Source: Amoebidium appalachense (Eukaryota; Protista; Ichthyosporea). From it: a stretch of DNA of 64,000 bases. A model generated the notes under the pieces. That model saw only the letters and a list, made by a program, of their open reading frames with translations, made no database searches and was not told where the DNA came from. The translations under genes were made by a program, and so were the position numbers. The stretch lies in the NCBI GenBank assembly GCA_963693365.1, contig CAVNZM010000004.1:5334564-5398563 (forward strand), written 5' to 3'. This document shows, piece by piece, positions 1-41,644 of this stretch; the stretch's first letter is position 1, and each line of letters opens with the position of its first letter.

Positions 1-11021
<11,021 letters not shown>

Positions 11022-11652
11022 CTTAACACGCTTCTTCTTCATCCACCGTGATTTCCGTCGGTTACTGCGGCATCTCTTCTCACGAGACTATTAGCCAAGT
11101 GCTTCTATGGAGTGGCCGTTAAAGCTAATACATCAAAAAAAAGTGGTGGGTTCAGAGCGCACTTCAGTCCGGTGCCACACCGCCTTCCGCTCAGCTATGT
11201 AGCAATGGCTGGTCAAATGTTTAGCTTAAAACCAAGTGCCCTGTTTGGCCGTCGTACAAAGCTTCACCTTGTGCAAATTCTGTTGTATCTTTACTAGCAG
11301 TGAACCAAATGCGCTGCTTTACATCGAGAACTGTCATAGGCAGCCCCATACACAACTACTCTATCAGGGTGACACTAAGCTAAAAGCATGTTTACTAATG
11401 TTGCAGTCTAACACGGCGAAGGGCAAAGGAGAAAAGAAAACATAAGCACACCGAGAGAATTCCAAGTTTGAATCATGAACTGTGAGTGTGACGGGGCTGA
11501 AATGATGCGGCTCAAGGGGGGCTGGTATGCAGTTTATTGGCGGTTAGATCACTTATAAACCGTCTTCGCTTTGTTTTATATTTTAATGTTCTGTTGGGCT
11601 TGCTTTTTAATTTTTTCTAAAATTTGAAAACAGTTATAAATAGACATTATCA

Positions 11653-11723
11653 TGTAACAGATCTGCTGAATTCCAATGAATTTAGAACGTTTGATCGTGT
11701 TGGAATTCAGCAGATCTGTTACA
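11653..11723. other. Perfect 24-bp inverted repeat with 23-nt loop (hairpin)
   Basis: TGTAACAGATCTGCTGAATTCCAA (11653-11676) and its exact reverse complement TTGGAATTCAGCAGATCTGTTACA (11700-11723). Confidence 0.9.
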
Positions 11724-12412
11724 GCTGTATGTGTCGATGTTACGTTACGACGTTACGACACGGTTAAGTCTCTTTAGGCTATATCATCAAAACCGAACAT
11801 ATACCCACAAACAACTTACGTATTCAGAATGCTTTTCTACATATGGGGATTGAAAAGGGGATACGGCTTTCTGCATGCCAAAAACATCCTACAGAAGAGG
11901 ATCCTCTTGTTATATGTCACCACCCGGAACCCGATGAATCGGCGGGTGCTTCCGACGCGATGAATGGCGACTATCGAGGTCGAGGAATTGGCCAGTGCGC
12001 GGCCGCCGCGTAGCTGTAGGCTTTAAGCATTGAACATATTATGTGTCGCACACAAAGAGATATTTTCAAGACCATTACCACCAAACTGTGCAAAAACATT
12101 ATAATTCTTTATTTTGAAGGAGATATAGCGAACAGACAAACGGCTTTCCATATGCATATATGCCAAGTACAGTACACGGCAATGACCTTTTGTACCTCGC
12201 TCTTGTCTCACCTCTTTTATTACTTAGATGCTCCCCTTTCTTGTCAATGACATTTCGCAGCGTCGGCGGGCCGGCCGGCGGGGCCCTTCAGTTTTAGGTT
12301 TTGCAGACTGAGACAAGTTGGAGCGACTCCAAGTCTCGAGGCTCAGTTTTATGTTTCTATTTAGCTCGCCTTTACACACTTCCGACGGTTTCACGGTGAT
12401 ACATTTTTACGG

Positions 12413-14988
<2,576 letters not shown>

Positions 14989-15018
14989 CAGTGTGTACGT
15001 GTGTGTCTGTGTGTATGT

Positions 15019-15147
<129 letters not shown>

Positions 15148-16051
15148 TCACACACACACTGTCTCGCTCCCTCCCTCCCTCTCTCCCTCCCTCCCTCCCT
15201 CTCTTCATAGCCTCCCCCTAACCCCATCGTCCTCTCCCTCCCCTCGTCTTTTGCACGTATGACTGCTGCCGTATTGAGTCCCGTTTTCTCTGATTCTTCC
15301 CCCCACCTTTGCCTATGTATGCATTTGTTGTTGATTGGTTCACTTTGCTGATTGCCAGACATACGATGGATCGAATCACCTTAAAAACACACCTAGTGTT
15401 TATGGTCTCACTTAAACGTGCCTGCACACTCCATTTTAGTTGTGTAATTATAATGCGGGCACGCATGCATATATGAATTGCTAGCATGTTGCATCTGTAC
15501 AGTCAAGTAAGCCTATGTGTGTATGTACAATAGTACTATGTACACGAGTGAAAACAAGTGTTGTGTTGCAGCAGGGATGACTCAGTCAGAAATGTTTTAT
15601 TATTGTGTTAATTGTATTGGCACGAATAATTTGTAGGGCTCCACTCAGTGGAAGAGGGGTGCGCGTGGAAAACGTTCAAATTGGGTGGTCTGACGTTGAT
15701 ACCTTCGTGGATGCATAAATGAACGAAGCAGTGTGTTCGGTTTATTTTTTAGATGAGCAACACAAGGGGTATTAATGGTTGGTTCAGACCGAATCCGGTT
15801 CGATCGGATTGTCCGTATAAGGAAACCCAAAAAAACCGTTTTTGCGAAAGAAGCCCCTACGTATCTAATCCCCCTGTGACGTATATGGTGTCGGGTGTTG
15901 CAGCGAATGTGTGCGTACTAGAGCTAGTGTGTAGATATCTTGAACATTTCATGTACATACCACCTAACATTCCTTGTACATATTTCTAAGCATTCATGCA
16001 CGAACGAAAATTCTGAATTGTAAACAAAGAATTAAAATGAAAACCGGACTA

Positions 16052-16121
<70 letters not shown>

Positions 16122-16591
16122 AAAGAAAAAGAAAAGAAAAGAAAGAAAAAAGAGAAGAAGAAAAAACACTGTACCGGTCCGCACGCACCCACACCCACAC
16201 ACCCACACACAAACCGCAAGAAAGGTGTTCCCAAAGGTCATAACAAAAACAGGTAAAAAGTAACACTCGTACGTACACACGTTCGCAAAGAAACCCAACG
16301 TCTGGAGACACTCGCGCTAAATTTTCTTTATCAGCACGCATATTCACATTCCTAAAGCCATGATTGGATATGCCTTGCAATATAAAGAACATATGTACAT
16401 CCTTTTCACTGCCTGCATCCTTTCAAGCAAGATTCTCAAGGGAACGCTGGGTGGAGGGAAATGAGAGGAATGGATGGTAAGACGGTTTGGGGGTTCGGGG
16501 GGTGGGGGTTCGGGGAGTCCCCTGGGGGAGGAGGGGGAGGGGGAGGGGGGGGGGGGTTTAACGTTTGAGAACCATGTCGGGCACGGCACGA

Positions 16592-28503
<11,912 letters not shown>

Positions 28504-28847
28504 TTCTGCCAGTGGCAGCGACCCTACCGGGGCCTGTACTGGTATAGTACTGTAGCTACCAGCTTAACCCTACGCTACTGTCCACTATATGCCTCTACGC
28601 CCTAAACCTGAGTGTGCTAACTCGTTGAAACAGCAACTGAAGCTTGTTTTTTTGTTTGGCCGAGCCGACCACTATGACGTCAAACTTTGTGCAAATAGTT
28701 GGAGAATAAGATTTGAGTAGATCTATGGAGTACTGTACAAGCCCTTCTGTATGTACTTTTTTTCTTGGCCGGTGTTTACTTTTTATCATTGGATTTATAT
28801 AACGAAAGAGTGTGTTTCTTGTTTCTTCCCCCTTCTTCCCCCCCTTC

Positions 28848-28885
<38 letters not shown>

Positions 28886-29542
28886 CCGCCGCGGAGGTTT
28901 CCCCATCGACCCAGCTACTTGGTGACGTTCGAACTACTGCATTCTGGAATCTTGAATCACCAATCTTTTGTTAAAGACGCCTCCTTCATGTATACAAACC
29001 AAGTGAGGCCGATGGGGAGGGTGGGAATAGGGATGGTGTGTGTGTTTGATTGGGGGAGCCTCGGGGCGGGGGGGAGGGGAGAGGAGGGGGGGGGGGGGGA
29101 GCCTTGAGCAAGGATAGTAGAAAAGATCACTGGAAGTAGGTGAAGGCGTAACTTTTTGAGAGAGCGGGATGAGCACATGGACCTTAACTCACTGAGAATA
29201 TGGCAAAAGGAAAGTACGACCAGAACTGAGCACTTAAGTGCGGTTTTTGCACAACAATACTTTAGTAATACAGCTACATAGAGAAAACCTGGAGTTTACT
29301 CGGTGTATGCGTGACAAGCTAAAGCTGAGGTATCCTACATATACATGGGATGAATATCGATCAATATTAATAATCTCCGACTCATTTGTCGCCAAAAGAC
29401 CCTAAAACTAATATGCCTTACACCAACATGATCACACGCAGATCAGGCAGATTCAAAATGGCGCGCTATCCATCTCTTCTAACTGCCACAATCCTTCGAC
29501 CCAACCCTTCTACTTTCACCCCCTAATTTCTCCTCCTTTTCA

Positions 29543-31268
<1,726 letters not shown>

Positions 31269-31319
31269 CTTCAATATATGGGGGGGGGGGGGGGGGGGGG
31301 GGAGAGGGGGGGGGGGGGG

Positions 31320-31399
<80 letters not shown>

Positions 31400-31949
31400 T
31401 AACTTATGTTCGTTGGCTTGTTTGTGCCGGTAGGCAAGGTTGATCAACTGTTCGCCCCGCCGAGACTCCCTCTTTTTTTCTTTCAGTTTTCCACGCGTTT
31501 TGCGGTTTCAAGTTGCCGCGCGCTTTTGCACCTTTTCTTAGATCTTACGTTTTGATTGGATACCTTTTACGCTTGTTCAATTGGATGATGTTATACTTTC
31601 GTTTTCGAATATATGTAGCGGATCGGTCACCCAAACTCACCCGCAACATCCTTGTGGTTCGTATGCATATATGGTGCGGCATAGAAGACTCGGACCGTTA
31701 CCGGTACCGTTGTGTGGCGTGCCCGCATGTGAAGCTCATAGCGCAAGTGTCACAAGTGCGTACACACACATATATAAACAACTGTTTTGCCGCATTTCAG
31801 TTACCAAATTCGACGGCGGTGCAGAGCAGGCAGGCTCGCCTTTCCTCGAGATCGAATTCGCCGCAGCCGGCTGGGAGCATGCGCAGAGTGGTCTGCTCTG
31901 TTAGCCCCAACAACACCTGCTTTCCGGCGCTGTGAATCCAATAACAATA

Positions 31950-33107
31950 ATGTTGGTAACTACGCTTGTTGGGGTGTGCCTGGCCTTTGGTATATCCACG
32001 GCTCTGCCCCTTAACCAAAAAACAACCAATTGGGCCGACCAGTACTATCCCAACGTCCCCACCAAACGCCCCGGATCCATCCTTCCCGACTTCCCAACAC
32101 CCCTTCCGCACGAGTTTGGCGTGCCGTTCCCAGCTTGTGACTCGTATGCACCAAAGGGATCATTCGATAGGCTGCTTGACGCGAATAGTCCCTCGCCGAC
32201 CATCAATAATGCGTACATTACGACGTACCTGAGTTGGATGGCCTACTACATGCCAAGGGTTGGTGATCGGCTCCTTTTATACTGTACCAAGCACAGTGAC
32301 TCACAAATAGTTCCAGTACGCATACCTAGATATACATGTATAGTCACTAAATACTCTTTATGGGTCCAGATACATCAGTTCTGATCAGAGCATAAACTTA
32401 CCGTTTGATAATTGTTAGGTGCTTCGTTCAGGATTCTAATTATCAGATGTGCTTCTTTTTTTGTTGTCTTTCTTCACCGAGATTGATGTTCAAAGTAATT
32501 CAAATGGTCGAGAGGTTCAGAGAGCGCTCCATCCGAGTCCCCCCCCGCATCCAACGTACCCTCCCCTCCCTCCCTCGCCCCTCCCCCCTTCGAACCCCCT
32601 CCTCTCCCCCCCCCCCCCCCCCCCCTCCCCCCCCCCCCCCCACCCCTCCTCCACCCCGGCCCCACACACACACACACGCCCATCTACCCACCCGTTCGCC
32701 TTTATTTCACATAACTAACACCTTTATCGCAACATTCGCGGCCACAGACGGACATACAACAGGAGCAGGTGCAGCAGTGGCTGAGATGTCTGGGGGCACG
32801 GCACATTGCAATCATCGACACCAAAAAATACAACCAGGCCGTGGTGGTTGCGTTCAAGCATGCGGTCGTGGTGGTCATGCAGGTGCGTGGTTACCTTTAT
32901 TGCGCCATTTGCCTGCCAGTGAATCAGTGAATCAAAATCCGATTGCATATTGAATGTGAGATCTAGATGGCTGGCTCATCGGCATTTAATAGTTGAATAT
33001 TAGTTGACAAGCCGCCTTGCATAAGGATTAATAATGATCTCTGTTCCGAATTTCCTTGGTGATTTTTACTTTTTACTGAGTTTTTTTTTGTTTTTGTTTT
33101 TTTGTTT

Positions 33108-33150
<43 letters not shown>

Positions 33151-34384
33151 GCGGGAGGGGGGGGAGGGGGTGTTTACCGGGGGAGGGGGGGGGGGGGGAG
33201 GGGGGGGGGGGGGGGGACGGGGAGAGGGGGGGAGGGGAGGGGAGCTCGAGGGCAGAGCACAACAGTGTTTAACGCTTCTGTTGTTCCCCTACTGGCAGGG
33301 ATCCAAGACCGAGCCCAAGAATTCTGATTGGGCGAGTAACCTTGACACGTGGCTCACCCGCTCAACACTTTATGGTCCCGGCAGCGGGGTGCTTGTACAC
33401 CGCGGATTCCATGAAGCCTTTCTCGACATTTTAACCGAAGGGGGTCTCGAATCTGCCATCAGATCTGCATGCAGTGTAACCGAGGGGGGTCCATCGATTG
33501 AAACTTGCAATCTGTTCACTACTGGCCACAGCCGTGGGGGGGCCTTTGCTGTTCTGACTGGTGCCTGGGCCGCTGCCAAAAAGCTGAATGTTAGGTATGT
33601 GTTATATATAAATATCGACTTCTCATTTTTATTCTAAATTTAAGGATCTCTCTTGACGTACCTCTGTTTCGCTACACCAACACACACCCGTGGACATCAC
33701 CAACAACCCCCCTCCCCCCCCACCCCCCCCACCCCAAAACACACACACACGCACAACCCATTAGAACAACCTTTCGGGTGGGTGGGGGAGACGGGGAAAG
33801 GGGGGGGGAGGGGGGGGGGGAGGGGGGGGGGGGGGGGGGGGGGGGGGGATTCGCATGCACACGCGCGCACATATGCATACACACACATGCGCGTGTGCGC
33901 GCGCAAGCATAGAAAAACGACGGGTTGGGCCACGAGCTTTGACACACTAACACGACAACCTCCTCCTTTATCAAGTTATTCCTTTTCAATAAACCCGGTA
34001 CTGTACCACTGCAGGCAGTCCCGTTAACTGTATGTACGTCAGTTACGGGCTTGGCATTCACAGATCGTATTTGGCATGGGCTTTGGATGACTCAATAATG
34101 TCGGCACATTTTCCAGGGGTGTATATGCCTATGGATCCCCCCGCGTTGGCAACGAGGATTTTCGCAAGCTCTATGACGTCACCCTGCGACTTGGACCAAA
34201 AACTCTGAGGGGAGTCAACAAGTTGGACATGGTCGCGGGTGTACCAATTTCCGGAATTCCCTCTGGTGGGTGCTATACTTCACCCACTTGCTTTTAGTCC
34301 TCGTTTTTTCCCCCTGTTTTTCAGGTGAAACCGTTCACAATCTGAAGTTGGAGCGCATTTGGGTTGTTGAAGCCCTCCAACCCT

Positions 34385-34420
<36 letters not shown>

Positions 34421-34490
34421 CGCACGCACACACACACACACCGGGTTCACCAAAACCACATCCATCACAACCTTATCCCCCCCTCCACCC

Positions 34491-34523
<33 letters not shown>

Positions 34524-34964
34524 CCGTGAAAACATGTACAGAGTCATGCATGGCATGTTTCCAATCAATAAAACATATCCATGCTTGGCCGGCCGTGTGG
34601 GGGGCTTGAAGCCGTTTCATGTGGCACATACAAACAACACAAGCTCTTAACTGCACGTATTCACTACATATGATTTTGAGGTTGCCACAGAGGTCACCAT
34701 CACTCCTTGTTGCAGACCCTCGAATGATCCATTGGATCCTGCCTTATCCCGGTGTCAAGTCATTTCCCGATTAGTCTCTAGCTTATCCCCCATCCCCACC
34801 TTCCCCTCCTCCCCACTGCCATCCCAACCCCCCTATCTCCACCCACCCACCCACCCCTTCTAAGAACTCAACCCTCGCGCCCCGCATCCCACGTCATCCA
34901 CCGGTCGTGCCCCCTACTACACGCACACACGGGCACGCACAAGCACATGCACATGCCCCCCCCC

Positions 34965-35045
<81 letters not shown>

Positions 35046-35311
35046 TCACACACACACATTACACACACACACATTACACACACACACAAGCAGGCTCAAT
35101 CCTTCCGGTCACCTACAAGCACGTAGGCAGTGGTCATTTTGCCACCCACAAGTGCCGCATAGACGATGTGACACGTGTGCTCATCAACCCGGCCGACCAC
35201 TACCCGCATATGTACGTCACCGGCCTGTGGGCCACGTGCTCAGGTGACCTGTCACGTGACCAGCTGCCACCACCGCCCTTCCCCAACGGCGCCTGGGGCA
35301 TGTACCTGTGA
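31950..35311 (+). CDS. Secreted class-3 lipase (alpha/beta hydrolase), paralog A, 5 exons, 363 aa
   Basis: Exons 31950-32258, 32763-32882, 33299-33594, 34117-34265 and 35094-35311 splice in phase. Signal peptide MLVTTLVGVCLAFGISTA; VHRGF, TGHSRGGA (nucleophile Ser), YGSPRVGN, VNKLDMV (Asp), DHYPHMY (His). Confidence 0.9.
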
Positions 35312-36235
35312 GGATTGAGGCCATGCTGATACACATGCTATCATTGATACCGCCGTAGTAGCTAGCTTGGTACTGAAGCAGTAAATGAATTTCGGTCATG
35401 CAGTTTTTCTACATGTATGCATATATCATTTGGGCCAGGGATTGAACCTTTAATTTGAACGTCATCAAGTTGTGACTTGTCTCTGCTCTGGCTCAAAGTC
35501 TGCAACTGCTTAGTCCACTGTGCGTGCGTACGTCTGTGACTGGACTCCGTAGAGCATTTATGTATCTCAGGATGCTCAGGTCTCAATGTCTCTACCGTAC
35601 CTGAATTCATCTCAACTCATCTGATAAAAGTACTAGATTTACTACTGTTTAAAGGAATATGTCTAATTACAATTTAAGATTTTCATTGGCTCCCTAAATT
35701 CCAATTCTTGATCTGCTAAATTTCCAAATTTCAAGGTCGTCACTCTTAAAAATCGAATTTTGACATTTTCTGGATTTAGGATTTCAAATCTCATCTTATA
35801 TCGTGACGTTTTCTTGGAATAAGAGTAGAGGAGAGAGGGGGCGAAGTGGAGCAGTCGTACAGGCCCCCCAACCTTTTGAAATCACGATGTCTGTGTCTGT
35901 GTACATAAGCCACAATTAAATTCTGTAATGTTTGTATATCGACCTACTCTTGAAGTCGTACGTGTATCAACATGAAGATGGCAGTGTGGGACTGCCATGT
36001 TTGAAGACCTTTAAAAAGGAGCTGAGAATGCAGCCCGGCCCATGCGTGAGTCACAGCATCGTGCATGAGAGTAGGTCCTCTTCATCAGCCTCGATTCGGA
36101 ACACACATAGTTGCATTTTTTACTCGACAACATGCCGTGGACGTTTTCGTCATCATTTTCTGAGCTCCAAATTTCTGTTCTCTGGGACTTCTTGCTTCTT
36201 TTATGGCAAGCGTATATTCAAAGGTTTTGCCACAC

Positions 36236-36700
<465 letters not shown>

Positions 36701-36766
36701 CTCTCTCCCTTTACCCCCCCTCCCCCCCTCCCCTCTCTCAAAGTCATTATTTCTTTCACTTTTGTT

Positions 36767-36799
<33 letters not shown>

Positions 36800-37078
36800 T
36801 GTCAGGGAAGGTGGGGGGGGGGGGGTTAGCAACGCCGGTATGAATGTCGATCCTGCGCCCATGATAATTTCATGATACCCCCGTCCTCTCTTCCCCAAAA
36901 ACACACACACGAAAGAAAAGGAGTCGGGCAAATAGAAAGAGAGGGAGAGAAAGTCAGAGAACGGGGGGGGGGGGGGAGAGGGAGGGGGGGGGGGGGGGAG
37001 GGGGGGGAGGGGGGGGGGGGAGACAGAGACAGAGAGAGAGAGAGGGGGGGGGGGGGGGGGGAGGGAGGGAGAGAGAGA

Positions 37079-37166
<88 letters not shown>

Positions 37167-37726
37167 TGCTAGTACTTCGAGATGCCGATCATTGCCCCCT
37201 CTCCCTCCCCCCCCCCCCCCCCCCCCCGCCCCCCAGCCCCCCCCTCCCCCCCCCCTCCCCCCCCCCCCAGTCCCCCTAAGCCTCTCCTCCCCGCCTCCGC
37301 TGCCTGGCACCTGGCGTGTGAGGGCTCCTAATTAGTAAATAGCTAGTACTAGCCTAGCATGCTTCCCGTCGCCCCACGTGCACTAGCTAGACCAACTGCA
37401 AGCTAATGTTGAAGGTGTCAGTGCCGTTCGTACGCACGTAAACGGGGCATTAGCTACACTGTATTTTACTGGGTTCGTTCGTGCTCGCAACTCAGGAACG
37501 ATCCTGGACCTCCGGTTTGGACCCAAAATTCCCCGCCTTCCCGTGCCCACAGCTGCACGTGAGTGAGCAGTATTTGCTGTGGGCAGAGCTGCCTTTTTTT
37601 CCAGGCCCTCGCACGCAAAGATGACCTTATATGTACAGCCTCACCCGAATGCACAATATGGCCCCCGGGTGTACGCGTATTACAAACTATTTCTGATTTT
37701 TTTTTACTCTGAATTGATGCCTATGT

Positions 37727-38354
37727 GTGCAAGCATATGCATGTACGGCCACTGCCCTGCATATATGTTTGAAAAACATTGATATGGTTCTGCTGAAGTT
37801 CTGCGGCCTGGACAAGATAGGCACACGTATTAGTGGACCATTTCCATGTCACGCGGCCACCCAGTCCAGCAGCTTTGACACTTGTGCGAGAGAACTCCCG
37901 AGGTTTCCGGCCCTGATCGAATCAGATCGAGTCCGTTGGCAAAGCAAAAATGTCGCAGCTGACTTCCAAAATACGTTTTGTGTAGACAAAGGGGTGTGGA
38001 AGCTTCTTCACCCACCTCCCAAGCTACGACCCATGCGCGCCGGAAAACATTCAGAAAGCAGACAAAGAACGTAAAGTGTTTGCTAAGAATGCGTGCGCCA
38101 CACGTTGTCGTGTACGCATCAGCAAGGCAAAAGAGTTCCTCGCAAAGTTGGAAAACGATGCTACGAGCGTGATAGACACGGACACGAAGGAACCAATGTT
38201 TTCTGGTGAGAAACTGCTCGAGCGCAAACGCCGATGCGAGATGGAAATCGAGCTCTTCTGCGAACTGTTCGCGCTGGCGGAAGGTCGTGCATACGACCCC
38301 GTAAGCGACAAGTGGGAACCAACCCCACAGGTGTCGGACCAAACCGATGCCTAA
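37727..38354 (+). pseudogene. Putative ORF1 (gag-like) of the non-LTR element, broken by frameshift(s)
   Basis: The frame from 37727 (...RVRWQSKNVAADFQNTFCVD) joins by one indel near 37988 to KGCGSFFTHLPSYDPC...QTDA*, giving a Cys/His knuckle-like pattern. Its stop (38352-38354) overlaps the ORF2 start (38347). Confidence 0.4.
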
Positions 38355-41300
38355 TTTATCCTTCTTCTTCTGGAATGCTCGGACACTGGGCCCCCAAAAG
38401 GGCCTCCCCCCCGGGACACTCGACGATAAAATCAGCTACATACAACAACAGACAAACAACCACACGTTTACAGTGATTTGCGAAACACAGTTTAAAAACC
38501 ACCACAAATTCAACTCTACATTGGTCGACACATCCACACACCCCGGTTACGCGAAAAACCGAGGCATTATTGTACTTGCCGCACCACACGTGAGAGTGAA
38601 GTGCAAACCGGTAGCAAAAACGGAATTCTCGGTTTCTATAGAGTTTCTTTCTAATGTTTTTACTTTTGTATATTACCCACCATCTATGTCGGTTGTCGAA
38701 TTGACTCACGAGTTGTCACAGTTACCAATGTCCACTGTTATTTTAGGTGATTTTAACACGCGACTCCACCACACAGACACACTGCAAGTGAGTGTCGGGT
38801 ACCCATCTAAGCCCCCGGAGCGTGCTATCCCTTTAGCAAGGTATGTCCAAAGTCACACTTTGCGGTTCCCTCAAATATCCCATGCCCACAACACCGACTG
38901 GGGAGTGGCCTTTTGGCCATCAACCATGTCAAAACTCTCTCTCCCTCCTAACCTCTCTAGGTCATCTGACCACTCTCCTATCCTTTTCCTACCTAAGATC
39001 TCCCTTGATCTGCTCCCCCCTCCCCCTCCCACCTTTCGCCTCCGTCTATCCCAGCTTAAGTCACAGTGGGGTAGAGTTGATGTATGTGTATGCTATGCTA
39101 CGAAACACCCTATATATATGCGCCTATTAGAATCTGCACAAGCCAGGCCAGATTCACATCTCGTACTAGATACATGCACTAACTTTATTGTTGATGATTT
39201 GATAGATCTCGGTGATTATGCTGGCGGTGGTAGGAAGGAATACCCCGATGCTCTCTTGTTACCAAACACCACTCCCGCTAGACTAGGTGAACCCCTGTCT
39301 CAAAAGGAAAGCTTGCGCCGGCTTGCTAGTATGAATCGATTTGGCCCCCCTGCTCGTATTATTGGTGATACCACTGGAGACCCCCTCATAGACTCTGATA
39401 AGTATTTCTCGGAACTGTTTAAAGATAGGACCCCCGCTCAGAAACCTATTGTGTGGCCTGTAGACCCATCTATCCCCATAGAATCGATCCTCCCCTTTTT
39501 CAGTCCCGATGCCATATGGTCTGTGATATCTAGTTATAGCTCTAGTAAGTCTTGTGGACCTGATGGACTCCCTGCTGGGTTTCTTAAAATCCTTGTTCCC
39601 TCCTACCCACAAAAGGAAAGTGATCGTGCTATTAAACCTGATCTTACTATCATGTTAAGCTCTCTCTTTTCTTGGTGTGTTAAATGTGGACATGTCCCGT
39701 CATCTTGGTTAGATACCTTAGTGATCCCCATAGTTAAGAAGGACTCTGAGGGCCCCATATCATCCTTTCGCCCCATTACACTAACCCAGGTTGTTCGTAG
39801 ATTCTTTGAAGCTTGCTTACTTAGGTTATTTGCACATCACCCTAGGTTTCAATCTGTTCTTCACATACACCCATGCCAATCCGCTTTTCGTAAAAACAAT
39901 TCATGTTATGTTCAAATAATGGCACTGCACGATTCTATGCAAGTTGGTGCACAATATGTTGGCTTTATTGATTGGAAAACTGCTTACGATTCTGTCTCCC
40001 CTGGTCTCCTATGGGAAAAGCTTGCTGCACGGGGTGTACCACACTGCATTGGTGTTCTGTTAGAAGCACTCTTGTCTCAAACCTATGGTAGAGCTGTGGT
40101 TAATGGGCATCTTTCATATGGTTTTGCTCGTACTAGAGGTCTCTTGCAGGGTTCATTGCTTAGCCCCTTTTTGTTTAACCTATTTATAGATGATTTGGCT
40201 GTCAAGATTTACGCCGAAAACGATGACCCTATTAATAACTTTCCGCCTGCACTTCTCTATGCTGATGATCTGTCCCTCCTTGCCCGTACCCCTAGACGCC
40301 TGCAAAGATTGTTCGATGTAGTGTCAGAGTGGTGCAAGGCAAACCTTATGATCCTTAACATAGACAAATGTGGTGTTCTTGTACCTGATATAGCTAACAA
40401 TTTACACACATTTACATTATCATCTAAACCTGTACCTATAGTTCCAGAATACAAATATCTTGGTGTTCCGGTTGATTCTGTTGGTGTTATGTTTCCCCAT
40501 ATGGTCGAAAAGAGGGTAGAGTTGGCTCGTAAGCGGTTAGCTTTCTTCTCGGCTAATATTTTTAAAGACACACCCCTCCATCCTTCTATTAGACTTACAT
40601 TTATTCGCACTTTTGTCTTCCCGGCATGTGAATATGGTTTACCCCTTCTCGCCGCTTGGATCAAGAAAGAGAGAACTAGAGCGCTTAAACCCTTGGCAAA
40701 TTTCCTTGAAGCAGAAGTTGCCTCCTTTCTATCTAACAACTGTTGTAAACCTGGGCCTGTAACGCTCTCGATATATGGTCTGGTCCCAATAGCTGCTAGA
40801 GTATCCTATCTCGCGCTGAAATTCAATAAGCACATAAGCCGCTTAAAGAAGTATTTGCCCTCCCACCCTCTCTTCTCTATCCGACCTGTCCCCTCCTCAC
40901 CTCTCCCCTCTTTCCTCCCCTCTCTCTCCCCTTCTCCCCTGGGCACAAATACAAATAAACCCCGCAATAGTGTGTGTGTGACTTTGGACTGCCACTTACT
41001 TATTAAACATGTACACAATCACAAGATAATCACGCAATATAACAAATGGAAAAAGATACCACACGACACTAGACCCGATGAAAGCATACACCTTGAAAAA
41101 CTAAGCCTTATGTCTCGTTTTATATATACTGACCGCCTCAACCATATTGCCAAATATGGCACTCGCAAGTGTATAACACCTAAATACATATTACCTTCCT
41201 GTAGAACTGGTCTTTCTCTAGCTGATGGTATTATTGATCAATTACCACGCTTTTACTGTACACGTGCTATACAGTGGAGATCTAATAAGTATAAGGTGGC

Positions 41301-41541
41301 ATCATTTGCATGCCCAAACAACACACACACACACCAGTTTAACCGGTCATGTATCGCCAAATGTAGTTTGATAGACCACATAATACCGCAACACACACAC
41401 GTCACATTCACAACAGACACCCAGAAAGATAGCCTACCTGTAAATTACAACATCCTTGATTTTATACTAAACACGCGTAACTACGACCTGTTTATTAGAT
41501 GTATTGATTGGCTTGAGAAACACATCACTACAAAATTATAG
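38347..41541 (+). CDS. Non-LTR retrotransposon ORF2: apurinic-like endonuclease + reverse transcriptase, 1064 aa
   Basis: APE motifs FWNARTL, ICET, YYPP, ILGDFN, SDHSPI; RT motifs GPDGL, FRPITL, QSAFR, FIDWKTAYDSV, RGLLQGSLLSPFLFNLFID, LYADD, YKYLGV; C-terminal Cys/His cluster (CPNNTHTHQFNRSCIAKC). Confidence 0.95.
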   Translation: MPNLSFFFWNARTLGPQKGLPPGTLDDKISYIQQQTNNHTFTVICETQFKNHHKFNSTLVDTSTHPGYAKNRGIIVLAAPHVRVKCKPVAKTEFSVSIEFLSNVFTFVYYPPSMSVVELTHELSQLPMSTVILGDFNTRLHHTDTLQVSVGYPSKPPERAIPLARYVQSHTLRFPQISHAHNTDWGVAFWPSTMSKLSLPPNLSRSSDHSPILFLPKISLDLLPPPPPTFRLRLSQLKSQWGRVDVCVCYATKHPIYMRLLESAQARPDSHLVLDTCTNFIVDDLIDLGDYAGGGRKEYPDALLLPNTTPARLGEPLSQKESLRRLASMNRFGPPARIIGDTTGDPLIDSDKYFSELFKDRTPAQKPIVWPVDPSIPIESILPFFSPDAIWSVISSYSSSKSCGPDGLPAGFLKILVPSYPQKESDRAIKPDLTIMLSSLFSWCVKCGHVPSSWLDTLVIPIVKKDSEGPISSFRPITLTQVVRRFFEACLLRLFAHHPRFQSVLHIHPCQSAFRKNNSCYVQIMALHDSMQVGAQYVGFIDWKTAYDSVSPGLLWEKLAARGVPHCIGVLLEALLSQTYGRAVVNGHLSYGFARTRGLLQGSLLSPFLFNLFIDDLAVKIYAENDDPINNFPPALLYADDLSLLARTPRRLQRLFDVVSEWCKANLMILNIDKCGVLVPDIANNLHTFTLSSKPVPIVPEYKYLGVPVDSVGVMFPHMVEKRVELARKRLAFFSANIFKDTPLHPSIRLTFIRTFVFPACEYGLPLLAAWIKKERTRALKPLANFLEAEVASFLSNNCCKPGPVTLSIYGLVPIAARVSYLALKFNKHISRLKKYLPSHPLFSIRPVPSSPLPSFLPSLSPSPLGTNTNKPRNSVCVTLDCHLLIKHVHNHKIITQYNKWKKIPHDTRPDESIHLEKLSLMSRFIYTDRLNHIAKYGTRKCITPKYILPSCRTGLSLADGIIDQLPRFYCTRAIQWRSNKYKVASFACPNNTHTHQFNRSCIAKCSLIDHIIPQHTHVTFTTDTQKDSLPVNYNILDFILNTRNYDLFIRCIDWLEKHITTKL

Positions 41542-41545
41542 CGCA

Positions 41546-41612
<67 letters not shown>

Positions 41613-41644
41613 CCAGCTGATACCGAGTGTCCCGAGGGGAGCCC

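Noticed and set aside
11919-11985. Small nested hairpin followed by AATGGCGA, reminiscent of an HDV-like ribozyme
   Set aside because: P1/P2/P3 double-pseudoknot pairings could not be built.
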